Shown piece after piece: positions 23,422-36,520 of a stretch of DNA of 64,000 bases. The position numbers and the translations under genes are program-made. Origin of the DNA: Octopus sinensis (Eukaryota); contig NW_021832126.1 of assembly GCF_006345805.1 (NCBI RefSeq), positions 124,001 through 188,000 on the forward strand, written 5' to 3'. The notes under the pieces are model-generated. The model saw only the letters and a list, made by a program, of their open reading frames with translations. It was not told the DNA's origin and searched no databases. Numbering within the stretch: position 1 is the first letter of the stretch; each line of letters opens with the position of its first letter.

Positions 23422-24050
23422 TTAATTTTTCTGTTTTTTGTGTTTGTTTTGGACGTGTTTGGATAAATGGTCAGAACGAATGTATTTCAGCTGACAGTAA
23501 GGACACGTGTAGTTCCTCTCTCCCGTATGCATGCGGCGGTGTCTCCCCAACTCATCTGAGCGCGAGAAACATTTGTTACAATTTTCAAAATTACATTTGT
23601 ATGGTTTCTCCCCTAAAGTTGTCATTTCAAATTCCTTACCCGTGTGCTTCCGATAATGAGTTTTTAAGTGGGAGTTTTTGAAGTATGCCTTACCACAGTT
23701 TTCGTAATGACATACGAATTTTCGAACTCTCATATTTTCTCCCTGAGTTCCTTGATTGATTGTTTTGTGTTCAAAAGGAGCCAAAATGAGCGGATTGGGT
23801 GGCTCAGTATCAGAAGAGTACACAGAGGAAATGTCCGAATTAGTTCCCAATATGCTCTCTATGCTGAAGCTATTGTTAGACTCCGGACATTTCTCTGTCT
23901 GCCAGTAAAAATTATTCGTTCTACCTTTGTTGCGAAATTTTGATAAACAAAATTGTTATTAAAAAAATAAGAATTTAATCGATGATTGACGGATTTGTTC
24001 ATTAAGAAAAGATATTCTGCAGCCACAAGGACATCTCGATCTAAAACCAT
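23422..24050 (-). CDS. Kruppel-like factor, KLF9/13-like (three C-terminal C2H2 fingers)
   Basis: CGKAYFKNSHLKTH, FSRSDELGRH and RSDHLSKH are the KLF/Sp signature fingers. Introns of 26 and 27 nt give one continuous ORF from MVLDRDVLVAAEYL. Confidence 0.88.
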
Positions 24051-25330
24051 GATGCTTTTTATATACGACCGAATAACATTTTCGATAAATATCAGGCACA
24101 TCGCTTTTATAGTCAACCTGATGCGCTTTTCACGTGATAAATTAAAGGAAATTCTAGCTAACCCGGCCATGATCACGTGTTCAGCAAATGATTGATAAAA
24201 TTTTATGTCGTTATATACTCCGGATTTCATCGTAATTAAAGAAGCTGAAAATATTTACATTTTACTAAAAAATAAATATTCTTCAGTTCAATGTGACAGT
24301 CAAATAAAGAATATCTTCTCAATTAAAATAAAAAACATTATTATTTGCTTATCATTTTCCTGAGACAATTCTTTGTTCTTGCTCGGTAGAAACTCGTTAC
24401 TCGAATAAAGCAAATTAAAATAGAAAGCGTTTTTCACAGCTTTAAAAATTTGTTGAATAATCTAACCTTAATAAATAAAATATTTACAGTTAAATTTGTG
24501 GGTTTGAATTCAATAATTCACCTTATTTCTATTTACTCATATAACCCACAGATGATTTCATTTAAGACATGTATTATAAGATTTCCAATAAATGAGGTGG
24601 TTCCGTATTAATAACTATTTTAGTCACACCCAACTTTTTTAATCAAATCATATTATTCCGGAAGTATAATACAACATTGAATACCACAACAACAAAACAT
24701 ACAAATGGTAAGATATTTTTAATTTTCCATGGTCTTCAACACACTATTTTTATTAATACAAATGGTAAACTCGACAAGATTGTGTTATATCTTATCATAT
24801 AATCGTTTTTATTCGTAGCAGGGTGCGGATATTCCAAGATACTATTTGCCGCTGAAGTGGAGTTGAATATTTAAACAATAATGTGTTGAAAGCCATGGAA
24901 AATTAAAAATACTAATACCAACAATCAGAGCAAAACAAATTTTTAGAATTTTATTAGTTTTCATGTTCACACATTCATAATGACACCATTCAAGGCACTA
25001 ATCACATCCAATCATCTTTAGTTGCTGATGGTCAACTCGGTCATATTTTGAGCAAAGTCCACAAAATAATTTAATTATAAATTAACGTCTTTAGTTACTA
25101 ATAACTAACTAATCTATATAATTCTCCTCCTTTTTGGACCGTTGCACTGGATCTGCGTATTCTCCTCCTCTACTAGTTAGTTAAGTTAGTTAAGCGCTTT
25201 TTGCGTAGGCCACAAAGGGTTTCGTTTGAGTCATGCATTTCTGCCATCTTTTTCGTCCACGCCGCTTTGTTCCTGACCCTCAATTAACACTATTATGAGG
25301 AAAAAAATATTTAAAGTTTCTGAAAAATAT

Positions 25331-25560
25331 TTTAATTATAAAAATTAGCTAACTTACAGAGTACAACTTGACGGAAAGTCTCACAAGAATTCTTTGTGCC
25401 CAGGATTCGGATGGTCCTGGCGAAGAAGTTGTGTTGAATAATAATAATTGGGGTTAGAATGGAGAAAAACACTTTGTTGTTTTGTTTTTATTTCCCTGTT
25501 AATGATTTTTCTTGTTCGTTTGGTTTTTGGTTTTTCTTGAACAATAAAAAAAATTCAATA
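25331..25560 (+). mobile_element. Family X non-LTR 3' remnant
   Basis: GAGTACAACTTGACGGAA..CTCACAAGAAT..CGGATGGTC is homologous to the reverse complement of 20690-20875. Confidence 0.6.
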
Positions 25561-25619
25561 ATAAAAAAGTTTCAAAATATTATAAAAATCATAGTATGAA
25601 ACATATATCATTCAACGTT

Positions 25620-27400
25620 TTCTTGGAACGTTTTCCGACGCCTGGCTTCAAAGCTCCCTTGGCGGCCGGTCTCTCCGGAACTTTCTAAAGCTTTTTTTCC
25701 ATTACAGCTTGGAGTCGGGATCCCCTCAGGCTGTGAGGTAGCGGCTCATGCTGCCACATATTTTGTGTTCAAGAGGTCACATCCACGAATCCTAGTTAAC
25801 CTAGACATTACCAACGCATTTAATAGTGTACGTTCTGGAATTTTGCTTCCTCTGCTGCCCATCCATTTATCGGTTCGTGCACTAATCCCACGGGCTTCTC
25901 TTCTTATTTCCAGCTCCTCTACAGTTATTTCCGCCACTTGGCCATCTTTTTTGCTTGCTGGCCATTGATGAGCCTGTCCGCACTTCCACGTCGTAGTTAA
26001 ACGTCTGGTACCTCGACGACGCCACCGCTCGATTGCGTAGTAAATGACCTGAATAAAGTGGCTCCGATTCTGGCCTCTATAGGTGTAACGGTTAACCCAC
26101 ACAAATCAGAGATTTTCAACATTGACTACGAACCAGCAATCTTTACTTTGGAAATCATCATCTCCCAGCCATGCGCACCGTTTTGCCCTCAGATCTTATT
26201 CTTCTTTGAACGCATCTTTTCTCGTTCGAAATTTTATCATTCCTTCACGCTAAACTTTGCAAAATGGACAAATCATTCGACACACTTAAATCCATCGACG
26301 GCCATGTTGCTTTTTTTCTACTTAAGAACTTTCTTGCTTTTACTCGTTTGGAATACGCAACCTGTTTCCGTTTTCCTGACCAAGTCGGGGAATTTGATTC
26401 GCTGATGAGAAATACTCTCGTTCAGATTTCCAACGTACATTTCGACGACAGGGGGTGGAAACAGGCTATCCTGCCTATATGGCACTTCGGTTTTGAAGTC
26501 GAGGCCCCCTCTGTTCTCTCCATGCTGTGCTTTCTTTCCTTCTCATACCGATGAAGTCCTCTCGTAGTCCAGATCCTTCCTCTCCCCTCCGGATCACTTA
26601 CGGACAAAGAGCTCTCATACGGCACATCGTTGTGGACAGCTAGCAGACTTAAAATTCCCGACGACCCTTGCCAAATACGCGAGTGGGTGAAGGCCGACAG
26701 TCTTTTCGGCACTTGGTGTTTCACGGAGACCTACATCGGCGTGCATACCTGTTATCAGAAGCATCTTCGCGTTCGTGCGCTTGGATTAACGCCTATCCCT
26801 CTCCTGCAACAGAAACCTTGCTATAACCAGAGTTCTTAAGAATCGGAATCTCTTTTCGACTTGGCTTGGACATTTGCCAGCCTCACCAATGCCGCTGCGG
26901 GGCCTATATAGACCGCAAAGGTCTACACCCAGTCTCTTGCCGTAAAAGCCCAGGGAGGACCCTAGGCACGTGGAGCTCAACAGCATTGTAAAACGCTTAC
27001 TTGAGCCAACCTGCATCCCGTGCTGGCTGGAGCCCTCTGGTCTCAACAGGGAAAGTGGCGAGAGGCCAGACGGAATTTCGCTCTTCCCGTACAAGTGCAG
27101 TAAAGCGATCGTCTGGGACGCGACATGCTCGAACACTTTTTCGTTATCATGCCTTTTTGCCTCCTCGATCGAAGCCAGCACAGCGGCGACAAAAGCGGAA
27201 GTCCTAAAAACCGAAAAAAACGGATCCCTCGCTGACAGATTAATTTTTGAACCAGTGTTAGTTGAAACGTCTGGTACGCTTGGACCATCAAATCTTCGTT
27301 TCCTCACCGAGAGAGGCCGCCACCTCGGAAGAATTAGAAACGACTTTAGTGAGCTCAATTCGGCTCTTTGAGCGTGTCTCAATAGCCGTTCTTAGGGGGA
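25620..27400 (+). mobile_element. Degenerate CRE-clade RLE retrotransposon (RT to RLE)
   Basis: GNVFRRLASK, QLGVG, LVNLDITNAFNSVR, YLDD, RPDGISLFP, IVWDATC and ERVSIAVLRG, with many frameshifts. Confidence 0.85.
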
Positions 27401-28010
27401 AACTTTTTAAAAAAATATCATGCTAAACTAAACAAATTTGAAATTAACAGTCTGGACGCGAGAGAAATGAGTTTGACCCATGCCTATAAACAATCTAAAG
27501 GATGATCAAGGATAGCTCGGAAGCACAAACGACATTATATTTAAAATATTGAAACTAAAACCAGTGTGGCCAAGAATGGTCTCTGTGAGACATTGCTCTG
27601 AAACTTGATACGTTGTTTATACAACACTTGTTGCGATGCAAGGAAGATTATCCAGTACAATGCAATATTGGTCTTACCTTATACCATTTTAGTTTTTAAA
27701 TAATTTGTCTGCTCTCAGTCGATTCTCCTCCTTTTCGAGCCTATTTAGTGACTAGACTCCAATGAATTGAACTTTTTAGAGTATTTATGAACATAAGATA
27801 GCCATAAATAAATCATTTATAGCCCCATATCGGAACCAAAGGATTCCGATTTGGGCGAGGAAATAAGCCGAATATAGAAAGAGTGCTCAGATAAGGAGAG
27901 TACATAAGTTAGATAATTTTGTGAGGTGTGTGAATTTAAATTTTATTAACTAAAAATCTAATTATCGAGTTTTGGATAATTACTGATGGATGTCCAAAAT
28001 AACAAATGAA

Positions 28011-29072
28011 TTAATCTTCCTGATTTAATTCATGAAGGAAATCACAGTCAACCAGATATTTGTACTGCAAATCAGAAGCATAGCAAATTATCTGTCTAAC
28101 AAGGAATGGCCCGACTCCAGGTTTTTTGTGCATCAACAAATTCTCCAAAAAATGAAGGGAATTATCGACGAGTTCCTCCCGACTCATCCTCGCCTGTAAT
28201 TCCTGAATACTCAAAAATACAATTCCAATGGGAAAGTCCACGGTGGCTATGTTGGAGGTCTCTGGTCGAATGGCCTTATAAGTCTTGCCAGAAAGATAAT
28301 TCTTAATAAGAAGACTCAGATTGGTCCCAATGTTCTCTAAGAGTCCAATAGAATGCTCACTCAGGTTATTTGTGGGGAATTTATCTCGCAGAATCGGCCT
28401 AATTTTGCCCATTCCCGACGACATGTCCACTCCGGCGAAGACATAGTCAAACTCATCGTAGCGGATGACGGCTTCTCTGATCTTCCTCACCAAATCAGCC
28501 CCTCCGGCATCGACCGCACCCAAAGACATGGCTTCTCGGCATTCGTCTGTGTCCTGTGGGGGTCAATCAGGCGGTTCAACGTTAGAGAAGACGATAAACC
28601 GTTTGGAAAGTTCATCCTTAAAGTTGTGTGGGTAGTGGATCACTTTTTGAATCATTTTTAGAGTATCTCGCTAAAATATATTTAAAATTGTACTTTTTTG
28701 GGGGCAGAAAAATCCATTTCAACCTTTAACTTGATGGGCAGAAATTCGCGGTCGATCATCGAGGGGTGGAGTAACTCTTTTAGCATATTTATGGATTCCG
28801 ATAGACTGAATCTGGGCGGAAGATACCAATCGCCAATCAAAACATTCAAATCCGCGGGGGCTTTCGTTAATGGGGGTGGAGAATCAAGGTCCACTTTTTT
28901 CACACGTCTTTGAAATAATCAAAGATTTGTACTTTTTTTTCTTGTTTTTATCTTTTGGTCGGAATATATATTTCTTGTGGATTCTGCGCCCGAAACGAGT
29001 CGTTTCTAGGAGAGGGAAGGGTCGATGAGGCATGATCTGCGAGAGACATTTCGTGATGGGCCACCAAGACAT
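28011..29072 (-). CDS. MRPL1: Mitochondrial ribosomal protein L1 (uL1m)
   Basis: SINMLKELLHPSM, LKVEMDF, KVIHYPHNF, LGAVDAGGADLVRKI, LRDKFP and IGTNLSLLI match animal uL1m. Introns of 23-27 nt restore the frame. Confidence 0.75.
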
Positions 29073-29269
29073 TTTTACGACACAAAACGAGTTAATTACT
29101 CATCATATTATTAATTTAAAAAAGTAGTACTAATAAACAACAAAATATTGATATTAATGAGTTAATTTGTCAACTAAATATGTAATATTTCATTTACCAT
29201 CTTTTCTCTACAAACAGGGAAAGTTGCAAGAATTTTTAACAAAACAGAAAAAAATAAAAAAATTGATCA

Positions 29270-30500
29270 ATCACAAATTTCCATCTCAGCGTTTCTTGAT
29301 TAGCTATTATCAGGTGCTTTAAATTACTGGATTAGCACTTGGCTTAATTTGTTTCAGTGATTAAGCACTTTTCAAAATCCAGAACTTTGAAGATTTGTAA
29401 CCGGAGACTGAAAAAGTAGTTTTCATAAATTTTTCCGAAATTGGCATTATTATTATAACTCCCTATATAGTTTAGAAAAACTCGATATTTTTGTTTATGA
29501 AGAAATAATCCATCAAAGTAGGAATCACTTCCCAGAACCGCCTGAAGCGAGTTGAGGTTGGGAAATGCCATAAATACAATTTCTTGGCTGGAGTGATGTC
29601 CCGCATCTACACGCTCAATTTAGAATAATTTCACTAACTTGTAATGGGGTCGTTTCCAAATATTTTAACGCTGAAAGTTGTCTATTAAAGAATGGACTCT
29701 AACCTACATACAGTCAGTCTTGCTAGAAAAAAATTGAAGAGTATGATTATTGAACACAGCCATGGGATCAAAATCACTGAAGAAAGAATAAATTCAGCCG
29801 GGAAGTGATGTTAGTTTAAATAAGCTACATAAGAGACATGTTGACAGGAATATTATATCTAGAGGATTGAATGATAAAAAATTAATTCTCAAATTGATTA
29901 AGCGCTTTGATTTGATCCACACTTTTTGAACCCTCATATCCAATTCGCATTAAAACCTCAAAAAATTTATGTTGAGTTATCTCATGTTGTCAATCAGTTG
30001 TACATTTTAGTATTTCAAAATAATGTCTGAAGTGATTGTTTGATTCACTAGTGGACGATATCCATCTCTTTATGGAGTGATTGAATCATTGAAATTAAAT
30101 AATTCCTAAATATCTTTTGACCATAAACATGCTTAATTTGGAACAGTTCAGACACTTCATTCAAATAGGAGTTTTTAAACTCTGTTTTATTGTCGGTGTG
30201 CAATATAATTGAAGGCCAAAGTTCACAGAAATCCCCTTTAAGATATTGGAAATTACAATTGTAGATTTCGATCTGGCAGTTCCAACCACGCCAAATTTAA
30301 AGAAGTGAATAAGTACGACAACCTTTCTATAAATATATAGAAAGGCAAACCCATGAGAACAAATTGTATAAATTCGAGTATCTTCGTAGATCTATGAAAT
30401 CGACTGTACAGTAACACATAAACAATTATGGATGTAAAGGGAGGTTTAGATAGCATTAACCGTTTAGACTAGAAATTAAATTGCTTAATTTGTTTGAAAT
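29270..30500 (-). CDS. Possible uncharacterised spliced gene
   Basis: Protein-like minus-strand ORFs at 29344-29571 and 30253-30456. No family recognised. Confidence 0.25.
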
Positions 30501-30951
30501 CCCGACCAAAATGGTTAAAATTGTGCTTAGACTTAATATTCTAATCAATAAGTTTACCTCAAAAGTTTCCTTTTTCCTAAAATACAGACTTTTCTTTATC
30601 AAATTGAAAATTTTTAAAGACTTGTGATGCTTTTTGAAGTTTCATTCCAAATAATTATAGTTCTTAAAACTAAATTATTTGAAAACAAATAAACTCGGTT
30701 TGATTATAAAAAACAATTTAGCCTATCTCAATTTTGTAAGTTTGAGCCAAACAGCTTATGTCCTAAAAAACAAAATATCCAAAGCCTTACTAGTGCTCGA
30801 CAAGAGATTGGATTTATAAAAGAATTTCATCACTTGCTCTAAAATGTTAAAAATATGGCAAGCAAGTTAAGCAACAGTGGCATCACATAAATCGTCTAAG
30901 TTTCAAAAAGACATGAATTAGTTTTGAAAATAGGAAAAGTGAAAAGAAATG

Positions 30952-31383
30952 TTAGAAATGTTTGGCTCGCTGTTTACTGGCCACTAATTCTCTGAGACTT
31001 TGATCTTTGCTAGCATAGGAAGTCTTAAGATTGGTTTGAATGTTCTAGAATACAAACACGAATATAAACCTTCAGCTTTTCCAGTTTTGCAGCATTCAAT
31101 TCCTGTTGGTCGTCCAAAGAAGAAACAAATCCATTGACAGAAGTGATAATAAAACTAAAAATCCACTACAGCATAATTACGCTCTGCCCATCGCCTTGAA
31201 TATTCGAGTGTCCTCGGGGAGTGCCTCAATTTGAGTGCGAACGAGACTGACGTGGTAGGCACGTCTTCTCAGTGCTTCTGTTTGAGAGTCAGTAAGTTTA
31301 AGCTGTTGTTCAGTCATGATTAGCTGCTGTTTCAACTCAGTGAAAGCCTTTTTTAACTCAAGATCAACGGCTGCACACATCAC
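30952..31383 (-). CDS. PFDN1: Prefoldin subunit 1
   Basis: VDLELKKAFTELKQQ..FKAMGRA|FII..LEKLK|NIQTNL..SLRELV. Introns of 26 and 25 nt. Intact ORF. Confidence 0.93.
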
Positions 31384-31859
31384 ACTTCACAACAAGTATT
31401 TAATTAATATATTTTAAATTAGAGGGTTCTATCAATTATAATTAGTTCTGTCATATACCTGCAATTTGAAAATTTTCAATTATTGGTATGAACCAAAAAA
31501 GTTTGATTATTCCTCCACATGAGACTGATTTGCAGCATTATTGAAAAGGGAATATCTCCAAACTCGAATAGTAAATAAGAATCTAGCAAAACATGCACAC
31601 AATTAAACTTTTTACCTGACACATAAGAAATGATCGTTGAACTGAACTTGAAAACAATTTATGAAAATAAGTGAATGATTTTGAATATGTCCAAATTGGA
31701 TAGAAAATTGAGAGTAGCATGTAATGTCGTGAAATATGAAGCATACTAAAGCAGATTGTGATGTCGTGCTGCCCAGAAAATCACACTCTTAAGGGTGAGA
31801 AAGCAGTTTTGGATATCATCTGACCGTATCCAAAGATTATTTCAAAAAAATTCTTTGAT

Positions 31860-32760
31860 TATGGTGCGACTTATCTAATCCTATGTCTTCCTACAGCAAG
31901 TGCAGACTTACGTGTCCTCGAAAAAAGGGAAGGTATTGTTTTTCGTGCCAAGTCTACTTCCACCTCTCCTGTGTCGGCTTATCGAAGATCAGCTCGGTAA
32001 GCATCCCAAACTGGAAATGTCTTCTACTCCGCTGTATATCGAGGCCCCGACTTTTCCCAAAATATCCAAGGACCGATCTTGTTCCGAGGCTCGTGAATTT
32101 CTTTTACTTTTGTCTCGTTTCCGGAAATCGAAGTCTATCCCGTCACGCATTCCTAAATCAGCCAGGATTCAAGTGGCTAATTCCCTAGCTCTGGTTATTG
32201 AGCGGGCTCTGGCCTCGAATTCTTGGTGCGATTGGTGCAAGTTTCTTTCATTTGTCCCTATCTGTCTAGGCAGCCCTTTAAACGGCCCTCTTCGTGGTGA
32301 CCGCTTGTCCGTCTCGCAGCAAATTAAAACAAACTGCGAGTTTTTCAACAATTCAGAATTTGATATCAGCTATTTTTCCCTTCATGCTGCTGAAAAGCTC
32401 CCTCGTCCAATTCAGAACACTCAGGACATTACTTGGGACGTGACCTGTGTCGACTCGTTTTCCTCGTCATCTCTCATCGACTCTGCGTCATGCCCTGGCT
32501 CAGCTTCCGCACATGCCTAAACGAAAAAAATCGCAAAGTACGCCTCATTGGAGAACACCTGCCTTTTCGTCCCCCTGGCTTTCAAGACGAGTGGGATAAT
32601 TGGCCCAAAAGCCCTGGAGTTCCTTTCAGAAATCGGTTTGATGATCTCGAGGAAAAGTCACGAGAGACGTGAGTCTAGCTGGCTTTTTCAGCTCATTTCG
32701 CTCGCGATATTGCGCGGAAACTGCCTATCTATTCGCTCGTCCTCTCAATCAAAGAATTAA
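31860..32760 (+). mobile_element. RT-less CRE derivative with a PHD-like N-terminus
   Basis: CFSCQVYFHLSC..WKC, then RIPKSARI..WCKFLSF, fused in frame to ITWDVTCVDSF..FVPLAF..ISLAILRGN. Confidence 0.8.
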
Positions 32761-33233
32761 CATCGTGAATCACTTAGCAAAGATCATAGTTTAATAAAAT
32801 TGACACCCCCATGGATTCTCAGCTATTGATGAAATTTTTAAATATCTTTCAGATAGTTAATCTCGATGGATCTTTTATGATTTTCAACGAGAAATAAATT
32901 AATAGCTTCGATTGTAAGAGGGCTTCGTTTTGAGAGTCATTGAAATTGTCATGCTTACTTTATATTTAATCAATTTCTTATGCAACAAAGTCATTCGCGT
33001 AGATCACATCTGTGATCGCAATCAGCCCAATTTTTGCTCTCAGCCGATTGTAGAACTGCAAGCCATGTCCAGAGAGAAACAGAAAGTGTCCCAATAAATA
33101 ATGAAAACTCGAATAGTCTCACAGTTCTTTGTTTTTTGTAGCCTTATCTACAGAACATCAAAGACTGACTAATTTAGTTAAAGGATCTGCCGCAGTCTAC
33201 TCAAATGAGATAACTCCCTAAGAAAACAGTCCT

Positions 33234-34601
33234 TTATTTATCAACAAAGTTCTTGTCAAAGTCGACTACCCGCTGCTGCATTTTATTAAAGAAATATCGA
33301 CAGACAGCCTCAGGCACCCACGGCTGATTGTAATGCTCCGAATGACACTCAGTCTCCTTCATTCTGTCTGAATTTGACAAATAGTCAAAATCCTTAGACT
33401 GGGAACTGAGCCATTTCTTGAGGAAAGCCACAGGATTCTCCCCGAACGAATTAAAAAAGTCAACATTGACTTGAGAAAGCGTCAATTCCTCGACGAGAGA
33501 GTGAATCTGCGAGTAAAACACGCCCACTCTACAGTCTCATCATAATTGTCCAATTCTCGCTGGTACTGCCCGTTCATGAGAAAAGTTTTAATCTTTTCGT
33601 CCACTTCGTCGTTCTAAAACGTGCAAAACAAAGGCCGACCAACTCGACAGAAATGTCGTAGTATGAACGACTGATGGGACTGCAAGGATCAGTCCTGGGG
33701 TCATCCAAAAAGACTACTTGATAAGGAAATTAAGGACAAGTGGATCAGCGGGGGAAATAAGTTTGAGAACTCGCGAATTCAACTCGTCGAACTGCATTCG
33801 ATGGACTCCAAACACCTGGGAGTATTGAGAAGCCCAACCTTCCTCATTCGGACATCACAGTTGATGCAATATCGGTCGGAGTGATCCTGCAGACCATTCG
33901 TCTTGATGTAGTGCCACAGGGCAGAGATTATCTCAGGACGAGTGGACGGACTCCCCAGCCCCAACAATTCCCTCAGCCTCCTCTCCGGCTTGAACTTGGC
34001 CGGCTGCCATGCGAAGGGGAGTATACCGAGTGGTTGAGACAGAGGTATATTTGACACCGCACATCCACACTTCCGTGTTTGCAGATCTGGAATCCCTCAC
34101 ACTCCTCCACGTTAGTCGTCCTGTGCCAGTCGAACAGGTGGCTGTCTGGCCCATACAAGTCCCTGTCCAACTCAATCACAATGCTCCGTAAATAAGTCGA
34201 GAATTTAGGCTCGACAGACCCGACTGGATTCTCGGTCAGCTTTCCTTCCACTTTGAGCATCCAATTGGGCACAGACATGTCTCCGTACTCGTTCGAAGAC
34301 ACTGCTGGCTGGTAGACTGAGGATACAAACACCCGCAGAGTCCCAGTGCGCTTTTTATTACTTTTTATATTACTTTCTGGGGTCTTTTTATTGCTTCGTG
34401 GATTTCATGACGCTTCTTTACGATCAGAGTCTCCAATTTACGTTCGAGTTCGATTCCCTGGTAAAATGCCTCAGAACAGTCCATGTCTTGGATGACTTGG
34501 CTGGGCAGTATGTTCTCGTTTATTCGTCTCCTTCTGCTTAGTTGAGAGATATTAAACTTTTTATTGTAAGAACCCACAGAATCACTCTGCTTTTTTATCA
34601 T
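33234..34601 (-). CDS. SMARCD1: SWI/SNF subunit BAF60 (SWIB domain)
   Basis: LERKLETLIVKKRHEIHEAIKRP, WMLKVEGKL, FSTYLRSIVIELDRDLYGPD, TRPEIISALWHYIKTNGLQD and NPVAFLKKWLSSQSKD. Paralog number is nominal. Confidence 0.9.
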
Positions 34602-34667
34602 TTGACACAACAAGAGTGTTTTAAATACGTAATTATTGTTTTTAATATTAATTAAATAAATTATAAT

Positions 34668-36520
34668 TTATTTTCTCTGATAATATGTCAGATCATCCGA
34701 AAGTTGTACATTCATGTATTTTATAGCTATTTGATCCTTTAATTTATCGTCCAAAATTTTAGAAGCAGTGCCATATATTCTGCTGCACTGCCAATATACA
34801 AGCATGCACATACTTGGCCATCAGTCAGTCCTTTCTGACGAGAATAGGCCACCGCCTCTGCCACATCCTCCACCAACCGATCCTCCACTCCCCCTCTGGT
34901 GTGAAGAGCAGTTACGCAAATGTGAATACTGTTAATTAGACAGTCATTGATTGCCTCGATGGATTGTTCAAAAAGTTAAGATCCCATCCTTTCTCGACTA
35001 GGAAATCCCCGATCGAGTAAATATTGACTGAGAGGGACTTGAAGGCAACAATCGACAGTTGTGGGTCACCAATAATGACTATTCCCTCCACATTGGACAA
35101 TCCTAATTAAAAAAGAACAAAACCTATTTTTAATATTCTGGGCAGTTGTGACGATTTGTCTTGTCTGTTCTTCATAAAATAACTGTCCGTGGTGCATAAA
35201 CGTGGCCCAACACAACGCAACAAGCCCCCCACTCCGACTCCCTTCCGTTATGGGCAATGAAACCTGCAAACGTGGCAGTGGCATATATCCCTCCCTGCCA
35301 GTCACTGAACACAAAATATTGATGCTCAATGTAGTTTCTACTGCGGTATATCACCGACGATATGCCCTTAGGAGTGGTCCCATACTACAACTCCCTCAAT
35401 GCCTCACTTTGTGTGGGTCACACGATATGCTCGTCACCCCCTCCAACGCAAAGTCGAATGCTGGAAGTCTACTTCTCAGGTCTTGATCTGCAAATCCAAC
35501 CAGGAAACCCCCAAGACAGCAATCCACGTGCACGGGAATTGAATATTTCAGTCCGAGCTATGCCATAATGGACAGACATACTTTGGAGATTTGATCGATG
35601 GGGTCGACTATGCCATGAGGGAAGTTGGGGACTGACCCCACCAACTACACGTGACTGTGACTGACAAACGAGACATGTTTGGCTGTCAATCAAACTCTCC
35701 ATCTCTGCCAGATCGACCATCATTGTGTGCGAATTCAGTCTCACTTTGATTACTTTTATCCCAAGAATCATCCCCGCTTTGTCGAAAGAGCAGTGAGCCG
35801 ACTCGGGGATAATCCTTCAAATCATCCAATCAAGTCACATTGAGGGAGTGTGGATGCCTCGTTCCATTGCCAAGTCTCGGTAAGTCTTGCAGGCCAGCAT
35901 ATTGCTTTCAGTGCCCCCCGAGGTGATCTACGGATAACACGGCCGACTACACAGCCAATGGTCTCCTCGTCGCCGTGGAACATGTCGGCAATCATCCGCA
36001 CACACTCGGCCTCCATTTTGATGGTCGTCGGGAATACTTGTGCATGCAATTGGTTGTGCAAACAAAACAATTCGAAAATCTAGTTTATTTACGTCCAAAG
36101 CACTTTTCCGAAGAAATGAGTCATATCATCCTCTCCACTGTACACCGTGCCTGAACACCACCCCTCCTCCCACCGTTTCTCGTCTGGATAATTAAAAAAG
36201 ACACACCTCTGAGGGTTATTTCTTCTCCTGCCAATCGGATGACCTCGTCCTGAGACATTAATTAAGAAATAACTTTTGGCATTCCATTCAAAGGCATTTT
36301 TGTCAGAAAAGTAGGGTTCTTCATATTTTTATACATTTCTTTTTCTGTTTCGATGATGAATTTAGAAATATGCTTGTTAGTCATGTTCTGATAGAATCTG
36401 CTTCTTCTCAGACAAGAGAATAACATGGAAGTACATTTTACTGATCATCAGGGATATTTATATTACCTTTGAGAATATAAAAGTTATTTAAAATAAAAGA
36501 AAGTATAAATCCAAATATAA
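34668..36520 (-). CDS. SGPL1: Sphingosine-1-phosphate lyase (PLP-dependent)
   Basis: [29 protein letters not shown]|[18 protein letters not shown] (PLP lysine) and [15 protein letters not shown]. The 5' boundary is uncertain. Confidence 0.9.

Noticed and set aside
27410-27485. hAT right-end remnant (GAAATGAGTTTGACCCATGCC)
   Set aside because: It resembles 13699-13719, but has no partner TIR or TSD and is too short to call.
29344-29571. RasGEF assignment from NLNSLQAVLG
   Set aside because: A single weak motif with no other GEF signatures.
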